A DNA stretch of 45,945 nucleotides. It comes from Thermodesulfobacteriota bacterium (GTDB lineage Bacteria > Desulfobacterota > Desulfobulbia > Desulfobulbales > SURF-16). The notes below the pieces were generated by a model that saw only the letters and a program-made list of their open reading frames with translations, was not told where the DNA came from and searched no databases. Shown piece after piece: positions 1 to 7,968 of this stretch. The stretch lies in the NCBI GenBank assembly GCA_040755455.1, contig JBFMAY010000035.1:1-45945 (forward strand), written 5' to 3'. Made by a program: the position numbers and the translations under genes. Each line of letters begins with the position of its first letter. The first letter of the stretch is position 1.

Positions 1-14
1 CCACCGCATAATCA

Positions 15-46
15 GTTTCAATCCACGCCCCCGCGCGGGGGGCGAC
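15..46 (-). CRISPR. Type I-C CRISPR repeat (leader-proximal repeat; array presumably continues left of the window; 1-14 would be part of the first spacer)
   Basis: 32-bp GTCGCCCCCCGCGCGGGGGCGTGGATTGAAAC on the minus strand: GTCGC start, GC hairpin and ATTGAAAC end typical of I-C repeats, 185 bp past cas2. Only one copy is visible. Confidence 0.88.
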
Positions 47-230
47 TGTTTACTTTCAATCCGTTATATCACCTCCTTTCTTTCATCATATTCCGCGAAC
101 CCAAACGCTATAAACCAAAAGACAAGCTTATCAAACTACAAACTTCCATCAAAATCTCTACATTACAAGCAGTTACAACCAGCGCGAACCTGCCGGGTAT
201 TTCATGGCAACTCATGGTTCGCGCCCCGTA
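47..230 (-). promoter_or_regulatory. CRISPR leader
   Basis: AT-rich non-coding stretch between the cas2 stop and the repeat. Contains inverted repeat GCGCGAACC (182-190) / GGTTCGCGC (216-224), a further CCGCGAACC (93-101) and IHF-like sites (54-66, 163-175). Confidence 0.8.
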
Positions 231-521
231 TCAAACAATCAACGGCCCCTCCTGATCGATCCCTTTTTTGGCCCCGACATGCTCTACCCGGTGCTGCCAA
301 TTCGAGCCCAAAAAGTAAAACCGCAGGCTGTCCGCCTCTTCATCAATCTCATCAATCAGCTTCTGCCGGAAAACCGTCCACTGCGCAGGGTCAACAATAC
401 ATTCAAAAACGGAAAACTGCACCCGCTGGCCGAAATTCTTGCAGGCCTTGGCCACGCGCCGCAGCCTTCGCTGCCCAGCCCTGTCCATTGTCGAGACATC
501 ATAGCTTACCAGAACAAACAT
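231..521 (-). CDS. cas2: CRISPR-associated endonuclease Cas2
   Basis: MFVLVSYDV...RLRRVAKACKNFGQRVQFSVFEC...DSLRFYFLG. Start moved to ATG 521, which follows a GGAGG RBS; 96 aa. Confidence 0.97.
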   Translation of the reverse strand: MFVLVSYDVSTMDRAGQRRLRRVAKACKNFGQRVQFSVFECIVDPAQWTVFRQKLIDEIDEEADSLRFYFLGSNWQHRVEHVGAKKGIDQEGPLIV

Positions 522-569
522 AGGCTTTCTTCCTCCCGGCCACCAAGGATACAAACATGCTTGGCAAAA

Positions 570-1601
570 TTATTTCCAGAGAAAAACCGGGTATCCGTCA
601 AGATCACCCCGCAGATACCGGGCCAGCAGCAATGCCTGGGCATGAAACAGCAGGCCGACCGGCATTTTTTCCTTGATAAAAGGGTGCATGATCTCATCCT
701 GTTTCCGGTTCTGGTAGGCGACCAGAACCGTCTTGCGCGTGTCGTCATCCATAAGAACCGCACCTGATTCCATGATCCGGAAACCCTTATCTTTTACCTG
801 GGAGAGATTGATCAGCGACAGGGCGAGACGGTCGGCAAGGAAAGAGCGGAATTCCTCCATCATGTCCAGGGCCAGGCCAGGCCGTCCGGGGCGGTCCCGA
901 TGCAGAAAACCGACAGCCGGATCAAGACCGACACATTCCAGGGCTGACCGGACATCGTGCATGACCATGGTGTAAAGAAAGGACAGCAGGCAGTTTACCC
1001 GGTCCAGCGGCGGCCGGCGGCTTCTCTCGTGAAAAACGAAATTTTCCTTCTGCGCGGTGATCAGACTGTCAAAGACGTTGAAATACACCTGGGCGGCCTC
1101 CCCCTCATAGCCTCTGATGGTGTCCAGCGGGACGGGCTCCCGCACATGCATGAGGATGGCATTGAGCCGGTCAATCGCCCCCTGCAGAACCGGCGGATCA
1201 ATCTTGTCGGCATGGTCACGCAGGGCGCGCTGCAACACGGTCCGGCTATTGCTGATTTTGCCGATCACGGCTGACCGGGCAATCGACGTCGATTTCTGCT
1301 GGTCATCGGCCCAGCGATACTGTTCCCGCCTGAGCAGCACATTGCCGGAAACCGGCCCCTGCACCCGCGCCAGAAAGCGCCCGTGTTCGGACAAAAAGCT
1401 GATGGCTACATTCTTTTCGGCGCAAAATCCCATGAGATACGGGCTGCAGGAGACCTGTCCGAAACAGACAATGCCCTCCAGCGTGTGCACCGGCAACTGC
1501 AGGCGCACCTTGCCCTCCACCTTGACGGCTACCGTCTCGCCTTCCTTGGCGAGATACGCGCCCTGGGTGGTGACAAACAGTGTGTTCAGATGTTTTTTCA
1601 T
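570..1601 (-). CDS. cas1: Type I-C CRISPR-associated endonuclease Cas1
   Basis: MKKHLNTLFVTTQGAYL, RGYEGEAA, RRPPLDRVNCLLSFLY, GLDPAVGFLH, LALDMMEEFR; 343 aa. Confidence 0.98.
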   Translation of the reverse strand: MKKHLNTLFVTTQGAYLAKEGETVAVKVEGKVRLQLPVHTLEGIVCFGQVSCSPYLMGFCAEKNVAISFLSEHGRFLARVQGPVSGNVLLRREQYRWADDQQKSTSIARSAVIGKISNSRTVLQRALRDHADKIDPPVLQGAIDRLNAILMHVREPVPLDTIRGYEGEAAQVYFNVFDSLITAQKENFVFHERSRRPPLDRVNCLLSFLYTMVMHDVRSALECVGLDPAVGFLHRDRPGRPGLALDMMEEFRSFLADRLALSLINLSQVKDKGFRIMESGAVLMDDDTRKTVLVAYQNRKQDEIMHPFIKEKMPVGLLFHAQALLLARYLRGDLDGYPVFLWK

Positions 1602-2236
1602 TGTTCCTCGTAAGCCTGATCCAGATAAAGATCAATCTTTCTTCTTTTCTCCAGTATCTTCGGCAGACAGATTTCGTAAAACGAACAGGAATCGCACCTT
1701 TTGCTATAAACCGGCGCAGGTGTTCTGCCAGCGCCGATGAGTTCGTGCAGCTGCACCGCGGTATCTTCCGTCTGCCGCCGCAGCTCGCCGGTGAAGACGA
1801 CTTCCTGCCGCCGGCGATTTTTGCCGTAAAATAGCGCGCCGGATGGAACCGCGAGTCCAAGCATGTCCTCAAGACAGATGGCCTGGGCGCAGAGCTGCAC
1901 CTTGTCCCAGTTCTCCTTCTTCTCCTTGCCCCGCTTATATTCCACAGGGAACGGCCGCCAGCCTTCCCCGGAATCCATCCTGTGAAACTCGACGACATCG
2001 GCCTTGCCGATCAGTCCCAGCCGCAGGGAGCGCAAGGGCATGCCGTATTCAATGCGGACATCCTTGCGGGATTCCCTGCCCTGCTGATCAACCCGTTCAT
2101 GCATCAATCTGCCCTGGGCGGTGAACAGATTCTCCTGCCACGCCTGCTCGATATGGATCAGGGCGCACTGCCGCGGACAGAACAGCAGATGCTGCAGGGC
2201 CGAAAGGGCAAGAAGGTCGTCTTCGCAATATGGCAT
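1598..2236 (-). CDS. cas4: CRISPR-associated protein Cas4
   Basis: FCPRQCAL, GKADVVEF, PVEYKRG, QLCAQAICLE and C-terminal CDSCSFYEIC Fe-S cysteines; overlaps the cas1 start. Confidence 0.97.
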   Translation of the reverse strand: MPYCEDDLLALSALQHLLFCPRQCALIHIEQAWQENLFTAQGRLMHERVDQQGRESRKDVRIEYGMPLRSLRLGLIGKADVVEFHRMDSGEGWRPFPVEYKRGKEKKENWDKVQLCAQAICLEDMLGLAVPSGALFYGKNRRRQEVVFTGELRRQTEDTAVQLHELIGAGRTPAPVYSKRCDSCSFYEICLPKILEKRRKIDLYLDQAYEEQ

Positions 2237-2247
2237 CTTATTAACCC

Positions 2248-2276
2248 TTGACGATAATACCTTGCGCGGTTAACTT
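2248..2276 (+). promoter_or_regulatory. Sigma70-type promoter of higA with flanking inverted repeat
   Basis: TTGACG-17 bp-TAACTT, bracketed by TTAACC (2241-2246) and GGTTAA (2268-2273). Confidence 0.6.
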
Positions 2277-2297
2277 CTTTGCATTGAGGTGACCGAC

Positions 2298-2600
2298 ATG
2301 AGAGATTTTCCTCCTGTACATCCCGGCGAAATACTGCTGGAAGAATTCCTGAAACCTTTGCACATCAGCCAGTACCGGCTTGCCCATGACATCAACGTCC
2401 CGGTCATGCGGATCAACAAGATCTGCCGGGGGCAGCGGGGTATCAGCGCCGACACGGCACTGCGCCTTGCCCGCTATTTCGGCAACTCTGTGGAGTTCTG
2501 GACCGGCATCCAGTCCCACTTTGATACCGAGACCGCCCGAATGAGCCTGGGCGACCGGCTGGAACGTGAAGTCAAAATTCTTGAGCATCAGGCCGCCTGA
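2298..2600 (+). CDS. higA: HigA-family antitoxin (XRE HTH), no adjacent toxin
   Basis: PPVHPGEILLEEFLKPLHISQYRLA...ISADTALRLARYFGNSVEFWTGIQ; GAGGT RBS before ATG 2298 (alternative GTG at 2289). Confidence 0.9.
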   Translation: MRDFPPVHPGEILLEEFLKPLHISQYRLAHDINVPVMRINKICRGQRGISADTALRLARYFGNSVEFWTGIQSHFDTETARMSLGDRLEREVKILEHQAA

Positions 2601-2616
2601 TAGCTGGGACATTTTA

Positions 2617-3636
2617 TCATTCCTCTCCAATCAGGTTCATGATCAGCCGGATCAATATTTCCTTCTGACCTGATTCGCTGGCCGCAGTCAACAGGGCCAG
2701 AGCCACGAGCGCCCGGTTGTCGAAACTTCCCGCATTCAGCAGACCGTTAGCCTGGAGAAACAACAGGAAGAGAAAGGAGCCGATCCGCTTATTGCCATCC
2801 GTGAAGGGATGATCCTTGATGACAAAATAGAGAAGATTGGCCGCTTTTTCCTCCGCGCTGGGATACAGATCCTGGCCGCCGAAGGACTGCTGCACCGCAC
2901 CGATAAGGCCGGCAAGGCCGTGACCCTGTTCCTGGCCGAAAAGGTCGGTCGCCTCTCCCCTGGTCCGCAAGTCGTTTTTCAGGGTGGCAATGGCCTGCCG
3001 GACCTGGTCAATTTCCAGAACCGATCTGGTGTCGTGTTTTCGCTCAGGCACCGGCAGCCTGTCTTCATCATATTGCAGTAGGAGCTGCCAGGTCCTGGCG
3101 TAGCGACTGACAACCTCCAGCACCGCCCGGCCTTCATCGCTGACCAGATTGTGATTTTCCAGGGTGGTGGCCAGCAGTCGTAAAACCTGCCGCACCTCAT
3201 CCACGCCTTTTTCCGCCAGTCGCCGCTGGTTGAGCGAATAACCGCGCACCAGATGATCTTTCAGAACGGAGCTGGCCCAAATGCGGAACTGGGTGCCGCG
3301 TTTGGAATTGACCCTGTAGCCCACGGAGATGATGGAATCCAGATTATAGTATTCGACCTGCCGAATTACCTTTCTGCCTCCTTCACTTTGAACTGTTGCA
3401 TTTTTTGCAACAACTGCCTCTTTCACCAACTCGCCTGTCTGGAAAACATTGCGAAAATGGCGAGAAATAACGGATTTATCCCTTTCGAACAGATCCGCAA
3501 TCTGGTTTAGGGTCAGCCAGACGGTTTCATCCTTAAGATGGACATCGAGTGCTGATTTCCCTTCATCAGACTGATACAGGATGACTTCGCCAAAATCGGC
3601 ATGCATGTCTTCGGGTTTTTCAGTTTTTTCACTCAT
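2617..3636 (-). CDS. RhuM-family / Fic-Doc domain protein
   Basis: N-terminal RhuM-like ETVWLTLNQIADLF...YYNLDSIISVGYRVNSKRGTQFRIWA; C-terminal Doc-type Fic motif HPFTDGNKRIG. Confidence 0.9.
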   Translation of the reverse strand: MSEKTEKPEDMHADFGEVILYQSDEGKSALDVHLKDETVWLTLNQIADLFERDKSVISRHFRNVFQTGELVKEAVVAKNATVQSEGGRKVIRQVEYYNLDSIISVGYRVNSKRGTQFRIWASSVLKDHLVRGYSLNQRRLAEKGVDEVRQVLRLLATTLENHNLVSDEGRAVLEVVSRYARTWQLLLQYDEDRLPVPERKHDTRSVLEIDQVRQAIATLKNDLRTRGEATDLFGQEQGHGLAGLIGAVQQSFGGQDLYPSAEEKAANLLYFVIKDHPFTDGNKRIGSFLFLLFLQANGLLNAGSFDNRALVALALLTAASESGQKEILIRLIMNLIGEE

Positions 3637-3655
3637 TATGTCTCTTCCATGATAT

Positions 3656-4491
3656 TCATTTTTTGCTTCTCAACCGCTTGCGGTCTTCCTGTTCAGTCAG
3701 GTAATTCTCCGATGAGGCCACCTTGTTGCCCGTCTCAACCTCCAGTTTTTCCCGCGCCTCCCCGGCAATCCGGCCGCCCTTGCGGGCTGCTGTTTTATTT
3801 TCGCCAAACCCTTGCGCATCCTGCCTCCGGGCGATCTCGGTGGTGGCCGCCTCCCCCAGCATGGAAAAGATCAGCTCCAGATCGTTCATGTGGTCGCGCA
3901 GATTTTCCCGCTCCAGCCCTTTCAATTCCTTATACTCGGCGGGGTCAGACCGAAGGCGGCCTTGGAAATTTCCGCAGTCAGGATAGCATATTCCGGCTCG
4001 CCATTGATGCCCCGGTTCTGCCATTCATCGGTCAGCTCGGCCCGGACGGCGATGCCACGCATCCGTTTTTCAATCCAGGCCTCGGAATATCCCTCGGCCC
4101 GGTAAAGGGCTTTGGTCCGATTGGTGGCCAGTTCCGGGTCTTCTATCTCCTGCACCCGCTCATAACCAACCTTGGCCAGCCAGCGTTTAAATGGCTCGGC
4201 CTTTGGGGAAGGAATGGACTGGATGATGCGGAAGATGCCTTCGGTGTTGGCCATTTCCGTCTGATATTTCTTGCCGTCCGTGGACTCAAGTTTGAGTTGT
4301 CGACACAATGTCGACAACTCAAACCTGGTTGATTCCAACTCCCGTTTTTTCATGCGATACCAGTAATCGCGGGGCTTGTCGCTGTCCGTCAAGGCCGCCA
4401 CCACATCGACCACGGCAAAATGCCATTCGTCGTTATACAGGATTCTGCGGATTTCCTTGTTTTTAAAGACAACCAGTTTGGGTTCCACCAT
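3656..4491 (-). pseudogene. BRO-N (phage antirepressor-like) protein, split by a 1-bp frameshift
   Basis: ORF 3922-4491 (EWHFAVVDVVAALT, RIIQSIPSPKAEPFKRWLA) continues in another frame as AEYKELKGLERENLRDHM. One extra base in the G4 run at 3941-3944 restores a 278-aa ORF; may be a sequencing error. Confidence 0.8.
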
Positions 4492-4528
4492 TCACCATCC
4501 AGTTTTTTGTGCAATCACAGCGCTTGGA

Positions 4529-5389
4529 TCAAAACCCATTGATTTCTTCAGGAATCAATCCGTCCAAATTGTTTAACTGATAGCTGCCATCTGGATTCAC
4601 TGACAACGTTTTATGTACCTTTGCCGAAGAATACTGGCCGGATTTACAGTTATGTTGCCACCAGAACACTTTAGCAATTTCCATACTGCCATCAGGTCTT
4701 GCGGATGAGGCATCATTTTCAAACAATTTCGGCAAAACAACTTTTACGACCTCCGCGTCTTCATCAGCGAAACCTGTACGTTCCGCAAGCTGAGGGTTCA
4801 TACTCCCATAAAAGACGTATACTCCATAATCCACACGGTGTTTCATGCCCATGGTGTCTGAGCTCTTTTTGCCGGTTTCCGTTGTCTCACTATTGACGCT
4901 TTTGGTAATCTGAATGCTTGACACCTTGTCGCGAACCGGCTCAACACTGAAAGCGGATTGAATCGTTACCGGGCCGCGAACCGGAATAGAAACTCCGGAC
5001 GCATCATCACCTTTACCAAAAGCGAATACCTGACCGAAGGCTCGGACATCGAACCATTTCTTACAAGCAGCCTTGGCTGTTTCGTCTTTCTTGGCTTTTT
5101 TCCCAAACGCTTCTCGCCCTAATCCGTGCTCTGCTGATTCGGCGCGCGCCCGGAGACTCGGTTCACCATCCTTATTGCGGTCATCGGATTGGACGAAAAT
5201 CGAACAGTCGGCCTCCATCAGCCGGTCACGGAGTTTTCGTTTGAGGCAGACATCCGAAATTTCTCCAAACCCGTCATAATTCGTACGCGGCCGGTTCCCG
5301 TCCAACGGGTCACCGTTCGGGTTGGCATTTTTCACACGGATAATTGCGGCAAAATCAATCTTGTTCTGTAATGGCGTCATGGTTTTCAC
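4529..5389 (-). CDS. cas7: Type I-C Cas7 (Csd2)
   Basis: NKIDFAAIIRVKNANPNGDPLDGNRPR, EISDVCLKRKLRD, WFDVRAFGQVFAF, TMGMKH. Start is GTG 5389 or ATG 5380. Confidence 0.96.
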   Translation of the reverse strand: MKTMTPLQNKIDFAAIIRVKNANPNGDPLDGNRPRTNYDGFGEISDVCLKRKLRDRLMEADCSIFVQSDDRNKDGEPSLRARAESAEHGLGREAFGKKAKKDETAKAACKKWFDVRAFGQVFAFGKGDDASGVSIPVRGPVTIQSAFSVEPVRDKVSSIQITKSVNSETTETGKKSSDTMGMKHRVDYGVYVFYGSMNPQLAERTGFADEDAEVVKVVLPKLFENDASSARPDGSMEIAKVFWWQHNCKSGQYSSAKVHKTLSVNPDGSYQLNNLDGLIPEEINGF

Positions 5390-5390
5390 C

Positions 5391-5801
5391 TTATTCTCCT
5401 TGTTCGGTGTTTATCTTTTCACTGGCAGAGGGATCGAAAAAAGCACTGCGCTGGCAGTGATAGCCCAGCAGAAACTCCCCGGAAAGGGCTGTATCTCTGA
5501 TGAAATCATCAGAGCGGAATGCGCACATAACTTCATCAAGCGTTTGTTCTCTTTTTCGGAGAAAGCCAGCACCTTTCTCCGAAGCGCGCAGTCGCGACTT
5601 ATAAGGGCCTAAGGCAATTTCAATATTACGCCAGGTTGAAAAAGGCCTGTCGGCAAAACGTTGCATCAATCTGGCCGCCGTGGTGTCGCGCCCCTTGCCT
5701 TCGTCGGCAAGCCTCAGGGAATAGCCTTCGATATTGTCCGCAATCGCCAATAAGCGGCCATAGAGGTAATCTCTTGTGTGCCGGTCCGTTTCAAGCTTCA
5801 T
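5391..5801 (-). CDS. cas11: Cas11c small subunit translated from an internal start within cas8c
   Basis: In-frame ATG at 5801 preceded by AAAGGAG-7 nt. Gives a 136-aa product MKLETDRHTRDYLYGRLLA..., matching the known internal Cas11 of I-C systems. Confidence 0.78.
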   Translation of the reverse strand: MKLETDRHTRDYLYGRLLAIADNIEGYSLRLADEGKGRDTTAARLMQRFADRPFSTWRNIEIALGPYKSRLRASEKGAGFLRKREQTLDEVMCAFRSDDFIRDTALSGEFLLGYHCQRSAFFDPSASEKINTEQGE

Positions 5802-7250
5802 CTTGTATCTCCTTTCTTTGTGGTATCCTTTAAACAGGGAGCATGCAATGCCGAGACATTTTTCCCATTCCCATATTTCCATCCCAATACGATTTGCAGC
5901 GTGTCTGCCACAGGAAACAACCAGATCATGAGGAATTGGCCTTCCGTCCATGATGCAAGGCAACAGACGTTCAACCGTCGATTTACGCAATTTGTCATCC
6001 AAACGGCGGCCAAACGCCGCTTCAGCGATATCCCTTGGTGATGGCGCGCCTGTAAAATGCCTCTCCTTGCCAAAATTCTGCGGCCAGGCTATTTGTTCAT
6101 GCCAGGATTGGATGCGATTTAAAAATTCGGAGCCCGTCAACTCCCGGTAAAAGATGATCGCCATTCGACCAGGTGTGGCAGAATCCAACCCGATGACAAC
6201 AATATCATCTCTCGACTCAAGCCTTGAACTATAGCCCGCAATAGCCTTATTTAATCGCAATGCGAAGGCCTGCCCGACATCACCGGGTTCGGTTGTCGCG
6301 GATTTCTCTGGGATTGACAACTCATCTTCACTATTGAGAAACAACGACAACGAATCCGCGAACGGATCAGGTACAGGCTTGCCAGCCACAGCCCAGGCAA
6401 TGAAAACTTGATCACCGTTCCTGTATCCCTGCCGTCCGATTAGCCAGCGCAGAGCATTATGGGCCTTCTGTGTGACATCAAAGCCGACACTGCAAGCCTG
6501 CTTTTCGTAATCATCTTTACTGCCGGTAAAACGGCCTCGAAAGGTATATCCACTAAAATCATTTGCCGAAATAAGCTTGGCACCATCGCTGGACCATCGA
6601 ATAAACCTAGGCGCATTTTGGGAAAGCCGAGTATTTTCCCCTTGTACCATGCAAAAACCTTTTTCAGAATTCTTACTCATGTCGAACATTGCCCAGGCGT
6701 TTATTAGATCATCATCCTTCCATACCTCAGGGCACCTATCGCCAGGGATTTCTACTTTCCACCGAACAAATATCTTTTCATTCTCAACCTTAGTTTTTTT
6801 CCCCTGACGATTTTCAATCTTCAAGGGGAGTGAGATATGCTCAATCAAATCGCTCCAGAGCCTCTTCTGCAAGATGTATTTCTGGACGGCTTCCACCTTT
6901 GGATGTGTATATGAAGATTCACACCATTCTTTAATTAATTTCAGATATTTTGAATGTTTTTCATGATCAATTCCTGGGAAGTCGGCAGCGCAATAGCCCA
7001 CTTCCTCACATAGGGGATGAGGCTCAGGCCCTGAAGTTCTGCCGGCTGATTTCTCAGAGGCAGGAATAAGTGTTTCACTTTCATTGTGTCCGAGCGGTTC
7101 GACTCGCCGTTTATTCCCGTTTTCATCAAGCGTAATTTCAACATGAGCCCGTTTTACGAGATGAGCAATAGGCCATAATTTCCCCCCAGGCTTCTCGATT
7201 ACCCCTGCGCATTTTCCATATGTTTCAAACAATTTCTGCATCCAGGCCAT
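5391..7250 (-). CDS. cas8c: Type I-C Cas8c (Csd1) large subunit
   Basis: PHPLCE, AKLISAND...FRGRF, QKAHNALRWLI, LDSATPGRMAI, RDYLYGRLLAIAD, GEFLLGYHCQR; lies between cas5 and cas7. Confidence 0.95.
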   Translation of the reverse strand: MAWMQKLFETYGKCAGVIEKPGGKLWPIAHLVKRAHVEITLDENGNKRRVEPLGHNESETLIPASEKSAGRTSGPEPHPLCEEVGYCAADFPGIDHEKHSKYLKLIKEWCESSYTHPKVEAVQKYILQKRLWSDLIEHISLPLKIENRQGKKTKVENEKIFVRWKVEIPGDRCPEVWKDDDLINAWAMFDMSKNSEKGFCMVQGENTRLSQNAPRFIRWSSDGAKLISANDFSGYTFRGRFTGSKDDYEKQACSVGFDVTQKAHNALRWLIGRQGYRNGDQVFIAWAVAGKPVPDPFADSLSLFLNSEDELSIPEKSATTEPGDVGQAFALRLNKAIAGYSSRLESRDDIVVIGLDSATPGRMAIIFYRELTGSEFLNRIQSWHEQIAWPQNFGKERHFTGAPSPRDIAEAAFGRRLDDKLRKSTVERLLPCIMDGRPIPHDLVVSCGRHAANRIGMEIWEWEKCLGIACSLFKGYHKERRYKMKLETDRHTRDYLYGRLLAIADNIEGYSLRLADEGKGRDTTAARLMQRFADRPFSTWRNIEIALGPYKSRLRASEKGAGFLRKREQTLDEVMCAFRSDDFIRDTALSGEFLLGYHCQRSAFFDPSASEKINTEQGE

Positions 7251-7251
7251 G

Positions 7252-7968
7252 TTACACCCCCATTTCCGACGCTACGATCTCTACGCCACGCAGGTTATCT
7301 CCCTCACTGAATGTCTTAGTCGCCATCTTGCGAACGAACTTGCGCACCATGCGATCCTCTGACCGAGTGAAATTAATCACGCCATTTTTCATGACCGGCG
7401 TCCAAAAACGGGCTTGCAGTTCCTTTGTTCCGGTTTCATCGGGATAGTCGAAGCCATGAAACATCAGGCTATAGGCAAGTTCGCCTGCATCATCATAATG
7501 TCCATTTCCCGCCCCGAACTCGCAAGGCTCGACATAGCCCTGACAGTCCCGCGTTCCCAAGAAAATATCCTGCCGGCCACCACGCTCCAACATCCGCTTG
7601 GCAATAGCGTAATGTTTGCCCTCGATTTGATCTTGCTTCAGTTCTGGACGATATTCATTCCACGTGAAATGTGCACGGACCTGGTAGTCCACGTCGGCAA
7701 GATAAGTATAGATCGCCAACGAATTACCGCCACCGTAGTCGAGCGGTTTGACGCCTTTGGTCTCGGTTCTAATTCGCCGCATCACCCGGACCGCATCAAT
7801 GACCCAGATGATAGTTGGCTTCCAGTAGATTGATTTCGCGAGGCCCTTGAGCGCTTCGTAGGTCGGGATATGATACGAGCATTTTTCCCCGCCGATCCTT
7901 GTCAATGGGTCAGTGAATAGGGCATATCGACCCCAGACTCGAAACTCAATGCTGTTACGTTCAGGCAC
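7252..7968 (-). CDS. cas5: Type I-C Cas5 (Cas5d, crRNA processing)
   Basis: [27 protein letters not shown]...[29 protein letters not shown] 7 nt before GTG 7968. Confidence 0.95.
   Translation of the reverse strand: MPERNSIEFRVWGRYALFTDPLTRIGGEKCSYHIPTYEALKGLAKSIYWKPTIIWVIDAVRVMRRIRTETKGVKPLDYGGGNSLAIYTYLADVDYQVRAHFTWNEYRPELKQDQIEGKHYAIAKRMLERGGRQDIFLGTRDCQGYVEPCEFGAGNGHYDDAGELAYSLMFHGFDYPDETGTKELQARFWTPVMKNGVINFTRSEDRMVRKFVRKMATKTFSEGDNLRGVEIVASEMGV

Noticed and set aside
1..14. Target of the first spacer (including self-targeting)
   Set aside because: Only 14 nt are visible, too short to assign.
93..224. Shared GGTTCGC/GCGAACC core between the CRISPR leader motifs and the REP-like palindromes
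   Set aside because: Only 7-8 bp, in different arrangements; chance similarity cannot be excluded.
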